A DNA stretch of 64,000 nucleotides from Chara braunii. Its lineage: Eukaryota > Plantae > Charophyceae. Position 1 is the stretch's first letter. Every line of letters starts with the position of its first letter. The notes under the pieces are model-generated. The model saw nothing but the letters and a program-made list of their open reading frames with translations, ran no database searches and was not told the DNA's origin. The translations under genes and the position numbers were made by a program. This document shows, piece after piece, positions 39,095 to 53,300 of this stretch. The stretch lies in the NCBI GenBank assembly GCA_003427395.1, contig BFEA01000038.1, forward strand, positions 41,270 to 105,269, read 5' to 3'.

Positions 39095-40284
39095 GCAGCT
39101 CCCCGATCCCCACGAACAACACAGAGAACCCGTCACACTCCCATCCCTTCATCCGCTCTCACCTAGAGACATGCTAGTTGAAACCCTCTCTCTACAGGGC
39201 AAGTGGCTATGCCTTGGGCCCAGTATGGGTGGCAATATGGGTACTCCGATGGCCCCTTGGGCAGGGAAAAATGGAAAAAGGAAAGAAAAACAGAGAAATA
39301 CCGAGGTATAGATGGGGCACCAAAATTGGGAAGGGCAATTGATAATACGATTGGAGAGCCCACAATTCCACCCTTGCCCTTGACCGTTCCCTCTGTCCTT
39401 TCTTCTTCTTTCTTTTCTCTTTTCCTTTTTCACTCTTTTCTTTTTAGCACTTTTGCTTCCCCCCTTCTTCCTCGCTCGGTTCCTGTAAAGACCTGCCTAG
39501 TGCTGGATGCAAACACAGCGCAGATATAAAAACCACCCTTCCCCTTGCCTTCACAATCACTTAGAACCTAAGGCATGCCGTGGCCCTGTCACGGTGGGTG
39601 AACAAGATCGGGACGGACAATGTGGTGGGGGAGAGGGAGAGCACTCGGTGGTGAGGGCAAAGGCAGAGCATACAACCCGGGACAAACGACAATATCATGA
39701 AGACAGCGTCTCCACCCTTATTCTAGGCATACACAGGGAGCATGGTGCCCCTCTCTTCATCTCTCTTCTTACAAAGCAAAAAAAAAGGGCACACTGCAGC
39801 ACCGCTAGATGGTACTATGTGGGCTGGGTAGTGTTATGTGGCATGCCTGATAATACGAGGGTTGGGTGAGACCATCTGGACTGGGTGGTCTGGCTGCAGG
39901 GTACTTTGTGGGGTGGGTCATACCTTTGTGGACTGGGCTGGGACGTACAGTGAGGGGTATGTCAGTGATGCCACATGGGCTGGGTGGTACAATGTCGGGT
40001 ATGTGGGTCATGCTATGCAGGCAGGGCTGCGGCCCACTTCCTGCTCACCAGAGAAAGGAGAACCAAAGACAGCTTGGCCCCAAGAGAGAGAGAAACCCAA
40101 TGTACTTGATGTGTTAGAGGACCTTTCCACTGTGCACTTGAGTATTTTTTTTTTTTTTTAACAAGCGGCCGCTCACTGCTTCTTCGTGCATGGCACAAGG
40201 GAGAGCTGGGAGGAGGGGGAAAAGGGTGTTTGGGGGAAAAGGGTGTTTTTCTTTTTCATCTTAATGCGGACTTCTCAACTCATG

Positions 40285-40350
<66 letters not shown>

Positions 40351-40457
40351 CTCCCCAAACATTCACACTCTGCACTTTGCTGCATACACATGACCTTCAT
40401 CACACGCGGACTCCATCAAAGAGAGCTGTAGTATGATGACAACATGACTCATTGACT

Positions 40458-40514
<57 letters not shown>

Positions 40515-40515
40515 N

Positions 40516-40577
<62 letters not shown>

Positions 40578-40778
40578 TGTGTGTGTGTGTGTGTGCGCCC
40601 CCGCATGTGTGTGTGTGTGTGTGTGCGCCCCCGCGTGTGTGTGTGTGTTGTCATATTCACTATACACTCAAAAAATGCATGACTCTGCCAGACTGTTTCA
40701 TCGGAGTTTCACCGACCATCAGGTGTGTTGTCATATTCGCTATACAGTAGTATACACTCGAAAAAGGCATGACTGTGC

Positions 40779-40835
40779 CAGACTGTTTCATCGGACTTTC
40801 ACGGACTCATCATGAGGTTGAACCTCAACATTCTG
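40779..40835 (-). ncRNA. Degenerate type III hammerhead ribozyme motif (partial second copy at 40689-40722)
   Basis: Minus strand reads CAGAATGT-T-GAGGT TCA ACCTC-ATGATGA-GTCCG TGAAAGT CCGAT-GAA-ACAGTCTG. Stems III, I and II and the core are in the correct order, but C3 is mutated. Confidence 0.65.
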
Positions 40836-41033
40836 CCCAGGATTCGTTTGACTGATGGATAAGGACTCACCACATCGTGTGTGTGTGTGTCTGTGTGTGT
40901 GTCAATATCTTCAAATAAGGAAATCATGTGGGAGGGCTGCCTGAAAACGAAGGAAAAGCCCTGAGAGGGCAGAAGGCGAGACTATCTGGTGGTAAAGAGA
41001 GGAGTACTGAGGTGCGTAGAGGAGCAAGGCACC

Positions 41034-41375
41034 ATGCAGATCTTCATGAAAACCTTCACGGGTACGACTATTACCCTTGAGATAGAGTCATCCGATACCA
41101 TCAACAATGTGAAGATGAGGACTCAAGATAAGCAGGGTATCCCTCCCGATCACCAAGTTTGATTTTTGTGAGGAAGCAGTTTGAGGATGGATGCACTCTT
41201 GCGGATTATAACATCCAGGAGGAGTCAACTCTGCATCTTATGTTAAGGCTTCGCAGAGGAGCGAACAAGAGAACAAAGGAGCCCTACAGGAAGCCGAAAA
41301 AGATAAAGCACAAGAAGACGAACGTCAAGGCTTCTACCTTGCAGCTCTATAAGGTTAGACGATAAAGGAAAGGTC
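41034..41375 (+). pseudogene. RPS27A: Ubiquitin-RPS27a fusion processed pseudogene, 5' part
   Basis: [27 protein letters not shown]...[45 protein letters not shown]; two frameshifts and no introns. Confidence 0.93.
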
Positions 41376-42936
41376 TGAAACAGTTTTCACCTGTTACGGT
41401 GACAGATGCAGTACCCAGGGCTCGATCCGTAGACCTCCCCCATAACCCGTGTACAGTACCTGTTGACCGGTGTGTTTTGAACACGCAACCTGTATCTCAA
41501 AAGTCGTCTGTTCGGCTGTTGTAAATATTGTGGTTGCCGGGGTTTGACCCGTAGGTCTGTGTCTTAGGAGGCTTAGCAGTAGCATAGGCCGTATCCGCTA
41601 CAGTTCCGAAAGGTCAAGTCCACGACCTTCTGGAATCTATAGACTGGCCCTTCGTAGGTCCTAGGAGTCAGTCCGCGTCTGAGTCAGCAGAGGGCAGTCC
41701 TAGCACAGTCAACAAAGGGCAGTCTCAGTCCTACCTATCCTAGTCAGCGGTACTCAGTCCCAGGTCGCACTTTGTCAAGTCGGCAAGTACCATGTGGGTC
41801 TGTGTATTCCCCGGCCCCAGGTCCAAGGGCAGACCAGCGACAATCCGAAGTATAAATAAAGAGGCAGCGTCAAGTCATTCATTCATTCTGCCTGTGAACC
41901 GTGCGGAAGCTCGGTCGGGGCGTCTTGTGTACGAAGGTCTGCAGGTGCCCGAAGAAGAAGTGGGCTAAGAGGAGGAAGGCGTGGCCATAGACGCTAGTTA
42001 GTAGGAGGAAGAAGACGGCAGCCATAGCTGCCCGTAGGTTAGTGGTATGGAGTTAGTCCGTGTGTAGTGTATGTGAGTGTGCGGGTGTGCGGGACATCCA
42101 GGGTGATCCAGGAGTGCGTGCGTGTGAATAAGTTGCTGGTGGATACAGTTGATCGGGTGGCAATCTTTGTCTGGTGCACTGCACCATAGCCATCGAAGAC
42201 AAGTTTGAATCCGAGCTGTGTTCCTGGCCACGTTTATCTCTGAGCTTTGTGTGGGCACTCTGCGCCGAGTTTGATCATCATCTGTTTGCAAGCATGCGGA
42301 GTAGGAAGAAGACAAGTCTGATTGCACTGGTATCGGAGCTGGTTCCCGCTGTCCCACTATCGAAGTGATCGCTGCCGTGTCGACATCGCAATCGCCCATC
42401 ATTGTCGTCATCGTGAGACAGGGACGGTGCCTTCGTCATCGTCAGCAAGAAGGAGAGCGCCATCGTAGTCCAGCGCGCCGATAGGAGGCGGCGCCACATC
42501 ACCATTTGCGCACTACTGCGCCGATAAACCGCCACGCGCTCCGCTGCCGCCGCGCACCAAGTTGCCATTGCGCGCACCCGCTGCTTATTGCGTGCCATCG
42601 CTAATTGTGCGCTATTCGGCCTTCCACATGCCCCGGTTCCCTGCGCACATGCTGCGCACCGCTGCCGCTCAAGCACTGCCCGTTAGCTAGCGCGCGTCTG
42701 CTGTTTCTGCGCGCGTGCTGCCCTTCGCGCGCGCCCCGTAGAAGTTCGCGCGCCCGTGTGTGTTGCCAGCAACTTGCCGCTTGCGCCTAAGAAGACCATT
42801 GGGCTGAGGGGGGAAGACTATCGCACAACAAAGAAGAAGATCGCCAGGATCGTTGCACCGTTGAAGAAGGACGTTGTGCAAAGCTGAAGAAGGGCAGCCA
42901 TAACCGCCGAACCTGCAAGGGAGAAAACGACGACGA

Positions 42937-42999
<63 letters not shown>

Positions 43000-43011
43000 G
43001 AGAGACGACGA

Positions 43012-43069
<58 letters not shown>

Positions 43070-44053
43070 GTTGTGCAATTGAAGAAGAAGGTGGCGGCCA
43101 TAGCCGCCGAGCTGGGAAATCAAGAAGAGGACAACAAAAGTAATGAAGGAGAAGCCAAAAGAGAGGAAGGAAGAAGGAGCGAGAGACGAAGAAGAAAGGG
43201 AGAATCCATAGCCAAAGTCGAGTGAAGAAGCAGACGAAGGGGAGAAATAGAGAGGTTGATGAGGGAGAAAAGTCGACGGTCATAGCCGGAGGTCGAAGAG
43301 TTGACCGACGAAGTTTGACCGGGCGTTGACCAAGTTGACCAAGACAGTTGACCGTGGGTGTTGACCAAGGCATTGACCAAGCTGGAGTCGGTATAATCTC
43401 TTCAAACCTTGAGCCTGGCCCCTCGCCCTGTGGTTGTGCACTTACCCTTGGTACTTATTGAGTCAGTTTGTCTCTTCTTTCTGCATCGAGTCACTTTTGT
43501 CCAGGTGATAGGTTTTGTGTATGAGGTCTTAGAGTTGTGGTGACCAAACCTGCATGGGACTTAGTAGGGCTAAAGGCCATGTCTGACGACTGACACGTCC
43601 TGGGACAAGACCCCCAAGGACCGGTACAGACCGGCGGGCTGCTCAGTTTGGCATGGTAGGCCTGAACTCCGAGTTGTAGCTGCGCATCCAACTGTCTTCA
43701 GAGGACTCTGCTGATCACGTCGTCCTAAATGTGGAGATAAAGAATTCCTGAGGAGTTATGGGGGATCTTCTTAAATGCCTCCTGATCAGCAGTAGAGTCC
43801 TGTAGTGACAGCCTTAGAGTAGTATAGGCTAGACACCATAGTTGACAGGGTCTAATCCAGAGTGAAAGCCAGGTCGGATTGATCGCGGGTGCAAGGTGAA
43901 CTCGGATCTGGAAAGTTTTGGTGACAGTGGTGGCCAAAGCTTCAGTCTTTCACTCTGTGGTCCTTTACAGAGTCTGTCAGTCAGTCAGTCAGTGGGTGGA
44001 AAAGTCTAAGTGGTGAGGAGCGGAGCTGTCACTTGGTCGTGCACCTATCACCA

Positions 44054-47000
44054 TGGTGGCCACTAGAACAGGAACTAGCACCACCCCCTATAGTAAGGCC
44101 CAAGAGGAGAAAGGTGTTGTGATCCTGAGGGAAAGAAAGGAGACGATGGAGAAATGAGAGTTGATCAAGCAGGCGAAGATGTTGGCCCTGCTAGAAGAAC
44201 AAGAGGCAAAGAAGAAACAAATGGAGGAAGAGCTAGAAAGATGGAAGGAGTAGGAGGAGAAGCTGGCCGCAGTCGAAGCAGAAGTAGAAGACGACGAAGA
44301 AGAAGAAGAGGTGGAGGTTCCCCTGCAGAGAACAACAAGAACTGAAGAGAGAGGGGAATCTAGTGGTGCGCGAGAGAGGGAAGCAAAAATGGAGAAGATG
44401 GTGACCGAGTGGGTGGCAAATTTGGCTCTGGGGAAGAGGAAGAAGCTATGTTAATTGTCCCTCAGGTAGAAAGGGAAGAGGTGGATCAGGAATTGCGAAG
44501 TGAGGCAGATCCCTTGCGCCGACAGACCAAGGAGGATGAAAAGATGTTGGAGTGGAAGTTGTGTCTCGCAAGGGAGAGAACGAGACGATTGGAGGCGGCA
44601 AAAAGGATGGAAGGAGAGTTGAAAGCAGCTGAAGAGCAGCAGCGGCAACTGGGAGCACAGACCGATCTTCAAAGGAAAATAGAAATGCTATCCCAGAACG
44701 TGGACGTCATGTTGAGAGCCTAGCAAGAACAGTTGCACTATCTTAGGGGCCATGATATCGCCTTACAGTCCATGCGCATGGGTTTCAAGGATTTCGCACG
44801 GGACGTGATGATGTGCGTTGCAAGCAAAATGCGTGTAGCTGTATAAGGCACAAAAAAGTTATGTACGGGTGCCAAAGAAGGCGCCAAGCTAGCGGCCCCC
44901 AAAGAAGAGGAGGCACGACCACGAGCGCATTCAGGCCAAATTCCCTAAACCCTATGGTGGGAAGAATGGAGAGGACTTTGATAATTGGGAAACCAATATC
45001 AAGTCCTACTTACACCTACAGGATATTGCGCCAGAGAACCATGTTCTCGTGGCCTTTCAGGCATTGAAGGAAGAAGCGGCTAACTTTCCTAGGTCCTTTG
45101 CACGTGCTGCCAAATGTGACAACGGTGTGGTCACATATTCTTTCATCACTAATTTAGTGAGTTTCTGTCTTCCCTCATGAACAATTTGCAGACGTCACTA
45201 GAGGTCTCAGACTCTCAGGGCGTCTGACAAACTACAAACAATCCACACGCGACAGTGGAGGAGTGCAATGGTACTCGAAGCCGTCATGGAACTCGTTGTT
45301 GTCCCTGGACATGGGGTCACTGAGACCCAACTTGTCCAATTGTTTTATCGTGCCATGCGCGAGAATTTGCACGGACACTTCTTCACTAGAAAGCAGCAGC
45401 CTGACATCACTTACGACACAATCCGTCGTGAGGTTGTTGCATTTGAGGCCCAGTCCGCGCCAGTTACCAATTTCTGGCACAAGGACCTTGCAAATGCCAA
45501 CAAGTGGAAAGGTCGGACCATCACCAGCCAAGTCAAGGCTAAGGATAGCCTTATCCTCACGTTTGAAGAGGGTGGTCTAGAAGAGGTCCCTTACAGCGAG
45601 ATCGAGTCCAGGTCAGACAGTGGTGTAGGCAAGGGGAGTACCTATGCTGTTGTCGCGGCCGAAGGGAGGTCGCATGGAAGAGGAGGCGGCCAAGGCCAAG
45701 GTGGCCAGGCCTCCGGTGGTCGAGGGCAGGGTGGCCAGGGGGTTGGCGACAGAGGAAACCACCAAGTGGGAGGCAGGGGTCAAGGTCCCCCGTCAAACCG
45801 CCCTTGTTCAAATTGGTCACCTCCCAAAACAGGTGGTTGGCACCTTGGTCGGCCTCAGGGCCGGTCCTGGGAAACGTTGGGCGTTGAAAAGGAAGACCAG
45901 CAGAAAAGGATAGATGGGTTCCAATGTGTCTTTTGCGGTGATCCTGGGCATATCATAAAATTTTGCCCAAAGTACAGAAGTGCCCGGCGAGCGGCTGCTG
46001 AGGCAGCAAAAGGCAACCGCCAGTAGGGGTCACAACTGCCCTTACCTCTAGTACAGGAGGGCCCACAGGCGCGCCAAGTAGAAACTCCTAATCCACGTGT
46101 GTCTATGGTAGAGGTTGCTGGCCAACGTCTAGTTAATTGTCCAGAGACTGCATGTGTTAGAGTCTCTCTAGGCACTTCCCTCACAGGTCTGGCAGAAGAG
46201 TTACAAGGAGAGAACGCCAACCTCGGCCAAGATGAAGAAAGAAGGTAAAGGACGGATGCAGATGTAGAAATCTTTAGAGGCAGAGTAGGGGCCCTTACAG
46301 ACAATGGGGCCACACGCAGCTATATTAGTCGTAAAGCGCTGAAGAAGTTAAAGCATAGCTTGAAAGTCCAAAAGTTGGAAGAAAGGTTAGTCAGTATCCT
46401 TGCTGACAATCGCACTATGCGCATCGAGGATTATGTTAAGGGAGTCCAGACATACTTTCGCCTAGAAGCAGATGGGAAGGTAGAAAGAGTTCTCCACTCC
46501 CTGACTCTCCTCGTAGAGGATAACCTCCCGTTCGATATGGTACTAGGGATGGATTGGGGAGAGGCAGTTGGAGCCACACTACATCTGAGAGAACATGAGT
46601 GTAGGCTCCCTAGTCCTTCAGGTGGCGTCAACATGGCCCACCTGTTTCCTGTGTCAGGAGTAGACAACTCCTTAGCACATTGCTGTCTCACCTATGTTAG
46701 GCCAGTCACTGAGCCTAAGGAAGAGGAACCGACCAACCCCATTATTGCCAAGCTACTGGAAGAGTACGCAGATCTATCAAAGGCTCCTTCAGGGTTAGTG
46801 TCGCACCCCATCCAACACCGCATCGACATAGAGTCTAGCAGTAAGACTCCCAAATGAGCAGTGTATAGAATGTCTCCTAAGGAGTTGAACTGCACAAGCA
46901 GTTAGATGAACTCCTCGAGAAGGGTTGGATTAGGCCCAATTCGTCTCCATTTGGAGCACATGTTCTCTTTGTCCCAAAGAAAGAGGGAGAGTTGAGAATG

Positions 47001-49510
47001 TGCATTGACTACAGGGGTCTCAACGCCGTTACAGTCAAGAATGCGGAACCACTGCCCCGAATAGATGATTTGTTGGATCGGGTGCAGGGCTGCAAGTATT
47101 TCACGAAGATAGATTTAAAATCAGGGTACCATCAGATTGAGGTCCACCCTGATGATCAATATAAAACGGTGTTCAGGACTAGATATGGGCACTGCGAGTT
47201 CATAGTTATGCCCTTTGGACTAACCAACGCACCAGCCACTTTCCAGCGTTGTATGAATGATTTGTTTAGGTCGTGGTTAGGCAGATTCGTAGTCGTTTAT
47301 TTAGATGATATTTAGATTTTTAGTAAGTCCCTCCAGGAGCATGAGGCTCATCTGAGGCGGATCTTGGAGAAGTTGCGAGAGGCGAATTTCAAGATCAATG
47401 CGAAGAAGGGTGAGTGGGCCAAGACCGAAATCTTGTACTTGGGCCACGTCATAGATGGAGATTGTATAAAACCTGAGGACAGCAAGGTCGCAACGATTAG
47501 AGACTGGCCAATTCCCCGTACACTCACAGAGTTGAGATCATTCTTATGACTGGCCAACTACTATAGGAAGTTCGTTAGAAACTTCTCTGCTATCGCTGCT
47601 CCCCTTCGCCGACTGCTAAAGAAAGAAGCGATCCGGAAGTGGGACCAAGACTGCACGTGGGCCCTAAAGAAATTGAAACGGGCCTTGATAGAGTACTCAG
47701 TCCTCAAGGTAGATGATCCATCCTTAACTTTTGTTGTTACTACTGATGCAAGCCAGTATGGGATTGGTGTTGTTTTACAGCAAGATGATGGCAATGGGTA
47801 TAGACCCGTAGAGTTCATGTCTGCTAGATTGCCTTTCGAGAAGGTAGCAGCCTCAATGTATGAGGGGGAACTCTATGCTCTCAGGCAAGCGTTAGACCAA
47901 TGGAGACACTACTTGCTTGGGAGGCACTTCAAAGTCTATTTAGACAACGAGACACTCAGGTGGCTGAAGACACAGGCCAAGATGACACCTAAGCTTACTA
48001 GGTGGCCCGCAGAGATATACCAATTCGACTTTGAGCTCAAACCCGTTCAGGGAAAGTACAACATGGTTGCAAATGCTCTGAGTAGGAGAGCCGACTACTT
48101 TGGAGCTATAGTTCACTAACTTGATATAGGGACTGACTTACAGCAAAAGGTTAGAGATGCGTATGCGCAGGTCCCTATCTATAGTAACCTCCTGAAGAGA
48201 GTAAGAGGCGACCCAGCAAGTGAACTTGACTATCGCACCACAAACGGGTTATTGTTTGAGAAGACAGGCATCGTAGATTGGTTGTGCATTCTCAATAGCG
48301 AAGAGATCCGGAATCTGATCTTAGGGGAATGCCATGATACAGAAGGACACTTTGGTTGGCAAAAGACATTGGCCAACCTAACACGTGCCTATACATGGCC
48401 TGGCATGAAGGCTGACTGCATAGAGTATGTCCGCAGTTCTAAAGTGTGCCAGCGTAACAAAACTACGACGCGAGCCCCATTGGTTCTCCTCAGACCCTTG
48501 CCTATCCCTTCAGGACCCGGACAATCTTTGTCCATTGACTTTATGGATGTTGGGGTCAGAAGTAGGCATTGCAAGAGTCAAGTCATGGTCATAGGAGACC
48601 GTTTTAGCAAGTATGCGGTTTTTATTCCTTTGCCTTTTGAGGCACGTACATACCTGGGCAAGTGAGCATGGTATTCTACTATCCATAATTAGCGATAGAG
48701 ATACCCGGTTTACTAGTCAGCATTGGCAGGAACTTATGCGAGTCTATGGCTCGAAGTTGTTGATGTCCTCTGGCCGTCATCCAGAGACTAACGGTCAGAC
48801 TGAACAGATGAATAAGATCCTGCAGCAGATACAGGATGTACATTAGACCAGATCAGATCAATTGGGATGAGATGCTCCCTAACGTAGCTAGTGCCTACAA
48901 TAACAGTGTCCATCTAGCTACCTGCTGAGCTCCCAACGAGTTGCACAAGTCCTTTAGACCATGCAGGCCGTTTGAAGGAATTGTGACCAGATATAAAGAC
49001 TGCCACCCGAAACTAGAGAGTTTGCGCTACAGCATGAGAAGGAAATTGCACAAGATGATAGAACAAGCCAATAAGCATCGTCGGCCATCACAGTTCCAGG
49101 TAGGTGACTTAGTCTGGGTCAAGTCCAACGAGTTCGCCCCAGAAGAGAACATCTCACAAAAGTTGTTGCCCGCGTATAGGGGACTGCGGCCTGTCCTAGA
49201 AGTGAANGGCGGAGACGACGGACCTTTCTGCACAGTAGAAACTCCGTCACACCTCCACACGTATCCAGACTTCCATGCATCCAAGTTGTTACCTCGTGTC
49301 ACCAATCAGCAATTTTGGTCGCGTTGATCAAAAATGATTCCGNCGGATATGGATGGCACATACGACATAGATCGCATTGTANNAGAGGATGTGTTTAGAA
49401 CCGAAGGTAGAGGTCGTCCACATAAACAATACAAAGTCAGATTCGCTTATCAGGAACGGGAGGACGGCCGATGGTTTAAAGAACTGAACTCTTAGAGACC
49501 ACTCCCAACA
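44054..49510 (+). pseudogene. gag-pol (Gag, protease, RT, RNase H, integrase, probable chromodomain) with stops and frameshifts
   Basis: Knuckle CVFCGDPGHIIKFC; protease LTDNGATRSYIS; [30 protein letters not shown]; RNase H TTDASQYGIG; integrase GHFG..C, SIDF, SDRD, HPETNGQTE; YDIDRIV..QYKVRF near 49360. Confidence 0.93.
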
Positions 49511-50345
49511 TTGTTCATGCTTATGANAGAGAAAGGAAAGGTAACNGTCCTGTCGTGCATTGTATTTTCGGAGGACCTCAAATTTAGNCCGGCGGGAGTG
49601 AAACGGTTTTCACCTGTTACGGTGACAGATGCAGTACCCAGGGCTCGATNCCTNGACCTCCCCCATAACCCNTGTACAGTACCTGTTGACCCGTGTGTTT
49701 TGAACCCACGACCTGTACCCCAAAAGTCGTTTGTTTGGCTGTTGTAAATAGTGTGGTCGTGGGGTTTGACAAGTAGGTCTGTGTTTTAGGAGTCTTAGCA
49801 GAATAGGTCGTATCCGCTACAGTTCCAAAAGGCCAAGTCCACGACCTTCTAGAAACTATAGACTGGCCCTTCGTAGGTCCTAGGAGTCAGTCCGCGTCTG
49901 AGTCAGCAGAGGGCAGTCCTAGCACAGTCAGCAAAGGGCAGTCCCANTCCTACCTATCCTAGTCAGCGGTACCCAGTCCTAGGTTGCACTTCGTCAAGTC
50001 AGCAAGTACCATGTAGGACTGTGTATGCCCAGGGCCCAGGTCCACAGGCAGACCAGCGACAATCCNAAGTATAAATATAGAGGCAGCATCGAGTCATTCA
50101 TTCATTCTGCTTGTGAGCCATGCCGAAGCGCTGACGGGGCGTCTTGTGTACGAAGGTCTGCAAGTGCCCGANGAAGAAGTGGGCTAAGAGGAGGATATGC
50201 GGCCATAGTAGGAGGAAGAAGACGGGAGCCATAGCTGCTCGTAGGTTAGTGGTAGGGAGTTAGTTTGTGTGTAGTGTCTGTGAGTGTGCGGGACATCCAG
50301 GGTGATCTAGGAGTGTGTGCGNGTGAATAAGTTGTTGGTGGATAC

Positions 50346-53300
50346 TGTGACAAGACCGAGGCAGAGCAGAGAGGTCGAGGGAGAGAGAGAGAGAGAGAGG
50401 GAGAGAATGAGAGCACACACACACACTCACTCGACTCGACACGACGGACGCAAACACGAAGTGACAAAGTCTCAAAGTCGCAAAGTCGCAATCTTGGATT
50501 CTGAACACAAAGTCGCGGCAAGTCACACTGAAGCACAAGCACTGAGGTCGAAGAACGAATGCCCCAACGGGGCTCCCGTCCGGACTTAAGTACCGGACTC
50601 AGGCTCAGTCCGGAGGGCCGAGGTGCAGCCTGCCTCAAGACTGAACTGAGGATCGCAGGTCTGCGTCTGGGCGCCAGAATGCCGGATGGCGCCAAGTATC
50701 GAAATCCGAAAGTGCTAGTGGACGGATTCGAGAACGGGCGCCAACTGCAGAGGTCGCCAGCAGTCAAGAACCGAAGATCAGGAACTCAAAAATAAAATAG
50801 CAGCCTGGCGGGTGGTAACCCGGGGACCAAGGATCGAGCCCTGGCTGAGCCCATAATACTATCCCCTCCCTCTAGAAGGCAACGTCCCGGCTGCCAAAAG
50901 TCATGAGACGATGCTGAAACTGCGAAGGACGGGATGGGGTCGATCACTGGTCAGCCAGTCACAAGGGAAGAGGGGTATAATGCAGGTGTCTGGTTGTGTG
51001 ATTAGGGAGCAGGGCTTGTCATTGTGAGCTTGAAACAGGGTTGTTCTATTGATGAGCTAAGGGAACATGGTAGTTCTACTGATGGACTAAGGGCTTAGGG
51101 ACAACGNGGCAAGCCTACAGATGAGCGAAGGGTTTAGGAACTGAGGGGAACAGGGTGGTCCTATTATTGAGCTAAAGGTTTAGGGATAACGAGGAACGGG
51201 GTAATCCTACTGATGTACTATGGGTTTTGGAATTGCGGGGAACAGGGTGGTCCTATTGATGAACTAANGGTTTTCAAGGGTATGGTTGCAAAATTTCTGG
51301 GTAGTGGTTATGCGAAAGTCTTGGGAACAAGTCTTGAGAAGAGTCGTAGAAGTATCGACGAGGGAACAGTCTTCAGTCGTTTGAGGACATCGTCAATGGG
51401 GCTCCAGCTTGAATGTCCCAGTAGCATGAGGCGTCCTCAAACTGCTTTATCTCCTCGAACGGAGCTGCAGCATGCCATTGTCCTCGTGGGCTTGCCATTG
51501 GATCCATTATCGTCGGCGACGAGCAAGGGCCACATAGGGAACTTGGACAAGAGAGACAAGGATGTGGCGGAGGACGGATAGGAGAACGGGGCGAGGCGGA
51601 GGCAAGAGCGGATTAGACAGGGGGGGTTCACGAGGCAAGGGTTTTGCNGGGTACAAGGGTATGTGTAGAGCAGGAATGCGGGGTTTGGGCGGGGTCGAGG
51701 CGGGATTTATGCAAGGGTTCGGGGTTTGAGTTATATTATGTATTAAGGGTATAGGGTGAGCACNCGCGAACAAGCTTCATAGCATTCTTAAGGTTAGCAA
51801 GAGGTTCCCATGTAGATCCTTCGTCAGGGTATCCTGTCCATTTAACTTTGTATTCTGTGATTGGTTCCGGGTGATNAGATACCTGAGTAGTTCTTCGTCC
51901 TATGATGGCTTCGACGACGAATTCAAGGCATGTGGGTAACATGATTGGTGGAGGTCTAGGATATGGGCGGTCAGCGAATTGGGGTGGGGATTCATGGTAT
52001 TCTTTTAGGTATTCGACGTGGAAGACCGGGTGGACACGACTCATGTCAAGGGGGAGTTGGAGTTTGTAATTGACGGGGGAGGTTTGTTCAATGACGGGGA
52101 AAGGTCCGAGCCACTTGTTCGAGAGTTTTTTGGACAAGCNGTGTTCGGGTTCAAAGCGTCTGGCGGGGAGCTAGACTTTGTCCCCGACTTTTAATTGCAA
52201 GTCACGTCGGTGTTTGTTAGTCTTGTTTACTTGTTGTTCTTGTGTTCTTTCAAGGGTTTCGGTTGCTTCTCTGAGGAGTCGATTCATTGTTGCTACCCAT
52301 TCATTGAGAGAAGGGCAGGGACTGGAGGGGTCGAGTTGCGAGGGGAGCAGGAAATCGGAGGGCAGGCGCGGGGGAGGTAGAATGGAGTCATGCCAATGGA
52401 ACGACAAACAACGTTGTCGTAGGCGATCTTGGCGGCGGTGAGCAACTGATCCCAATCGTGTTGATGTGGATGACAATACTTCCGCAAGATTCTTTGGAGA
52501 GTATCGTTAATCTTCTCGGTTTGTCAATCGGTCTGTGGGTGGAATGCAGTGCTATACTTNAGCGTGGTTCCGTAGGCTTTAAAGAGGTGTTTCCAGAATT
52601 GTGAAAGGAAGCGAAGGTCACGGTCNCTGATGATGTTCTCGGGGGGACCGTGATGGCGAGCGACATGGTCGAAGAACAGAATGGCAACTTCCTTGGCGTT
52701 GTGCGATGTGGTGCAAGGGATGANGTGGGCGCGTTTAGTCAAGCGGCAAACAATGACATAGATGCAATCATGTCCGCGGTCGGTCTTGGGGAGACTGCAG
52801 ACAAAGTCCATGGAGATGGACTGCCACTGGTNGGTGGGGGTCGGCAATGATTGTAGCTTGTCGGGCTTGGCGCGGTTCGAGGGGTCGACGACTTGACACA
52901 TGGAGCATGAGCGGATGTATGCTTTGACGTCGGCGAGTAGGGAAGGCCAGTGAAAGTAGCGGAAAATGGTGTCAAATGTTTTCTGGAACCCAAGATGATC
53001 GNCAGTCTTGGCATCGTGGTGTTCAGCCAAGAGATGGGTACGGAGACCACGTGCGTCAGGGATGCAAAGTCGGCGAGTGCCTTTGGTATCGATGTAAAGG
53101 AGATTGTCTTGGAGGGAGTAGTCGGGAACANGATTGAGGTCACGAAGCTTGTTGTAGATGGTGGCGAAGTCTGGGCAAGAGAGATAGCCTTGGGTGTAGC
53201 GATGATGAAGAGACGAGAGGAGTTGGATATGTGTCATTGTGGCGTAAACTTNGTCTGGGGGTTTGTGATCAGGGCGCCGTGAGAGGGCATCGACAACACA

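Noticed and set aside
41159-41365. Functional ubiquitin-like small protein
   Set aside because: Frameshifted fragment of the Ub-S27a pseudogene with the di-Gly motif lost
51350-51640. Second chromodomain or extra ORF in the nested element
   Set aside because: Manual translation gave no convincing motif
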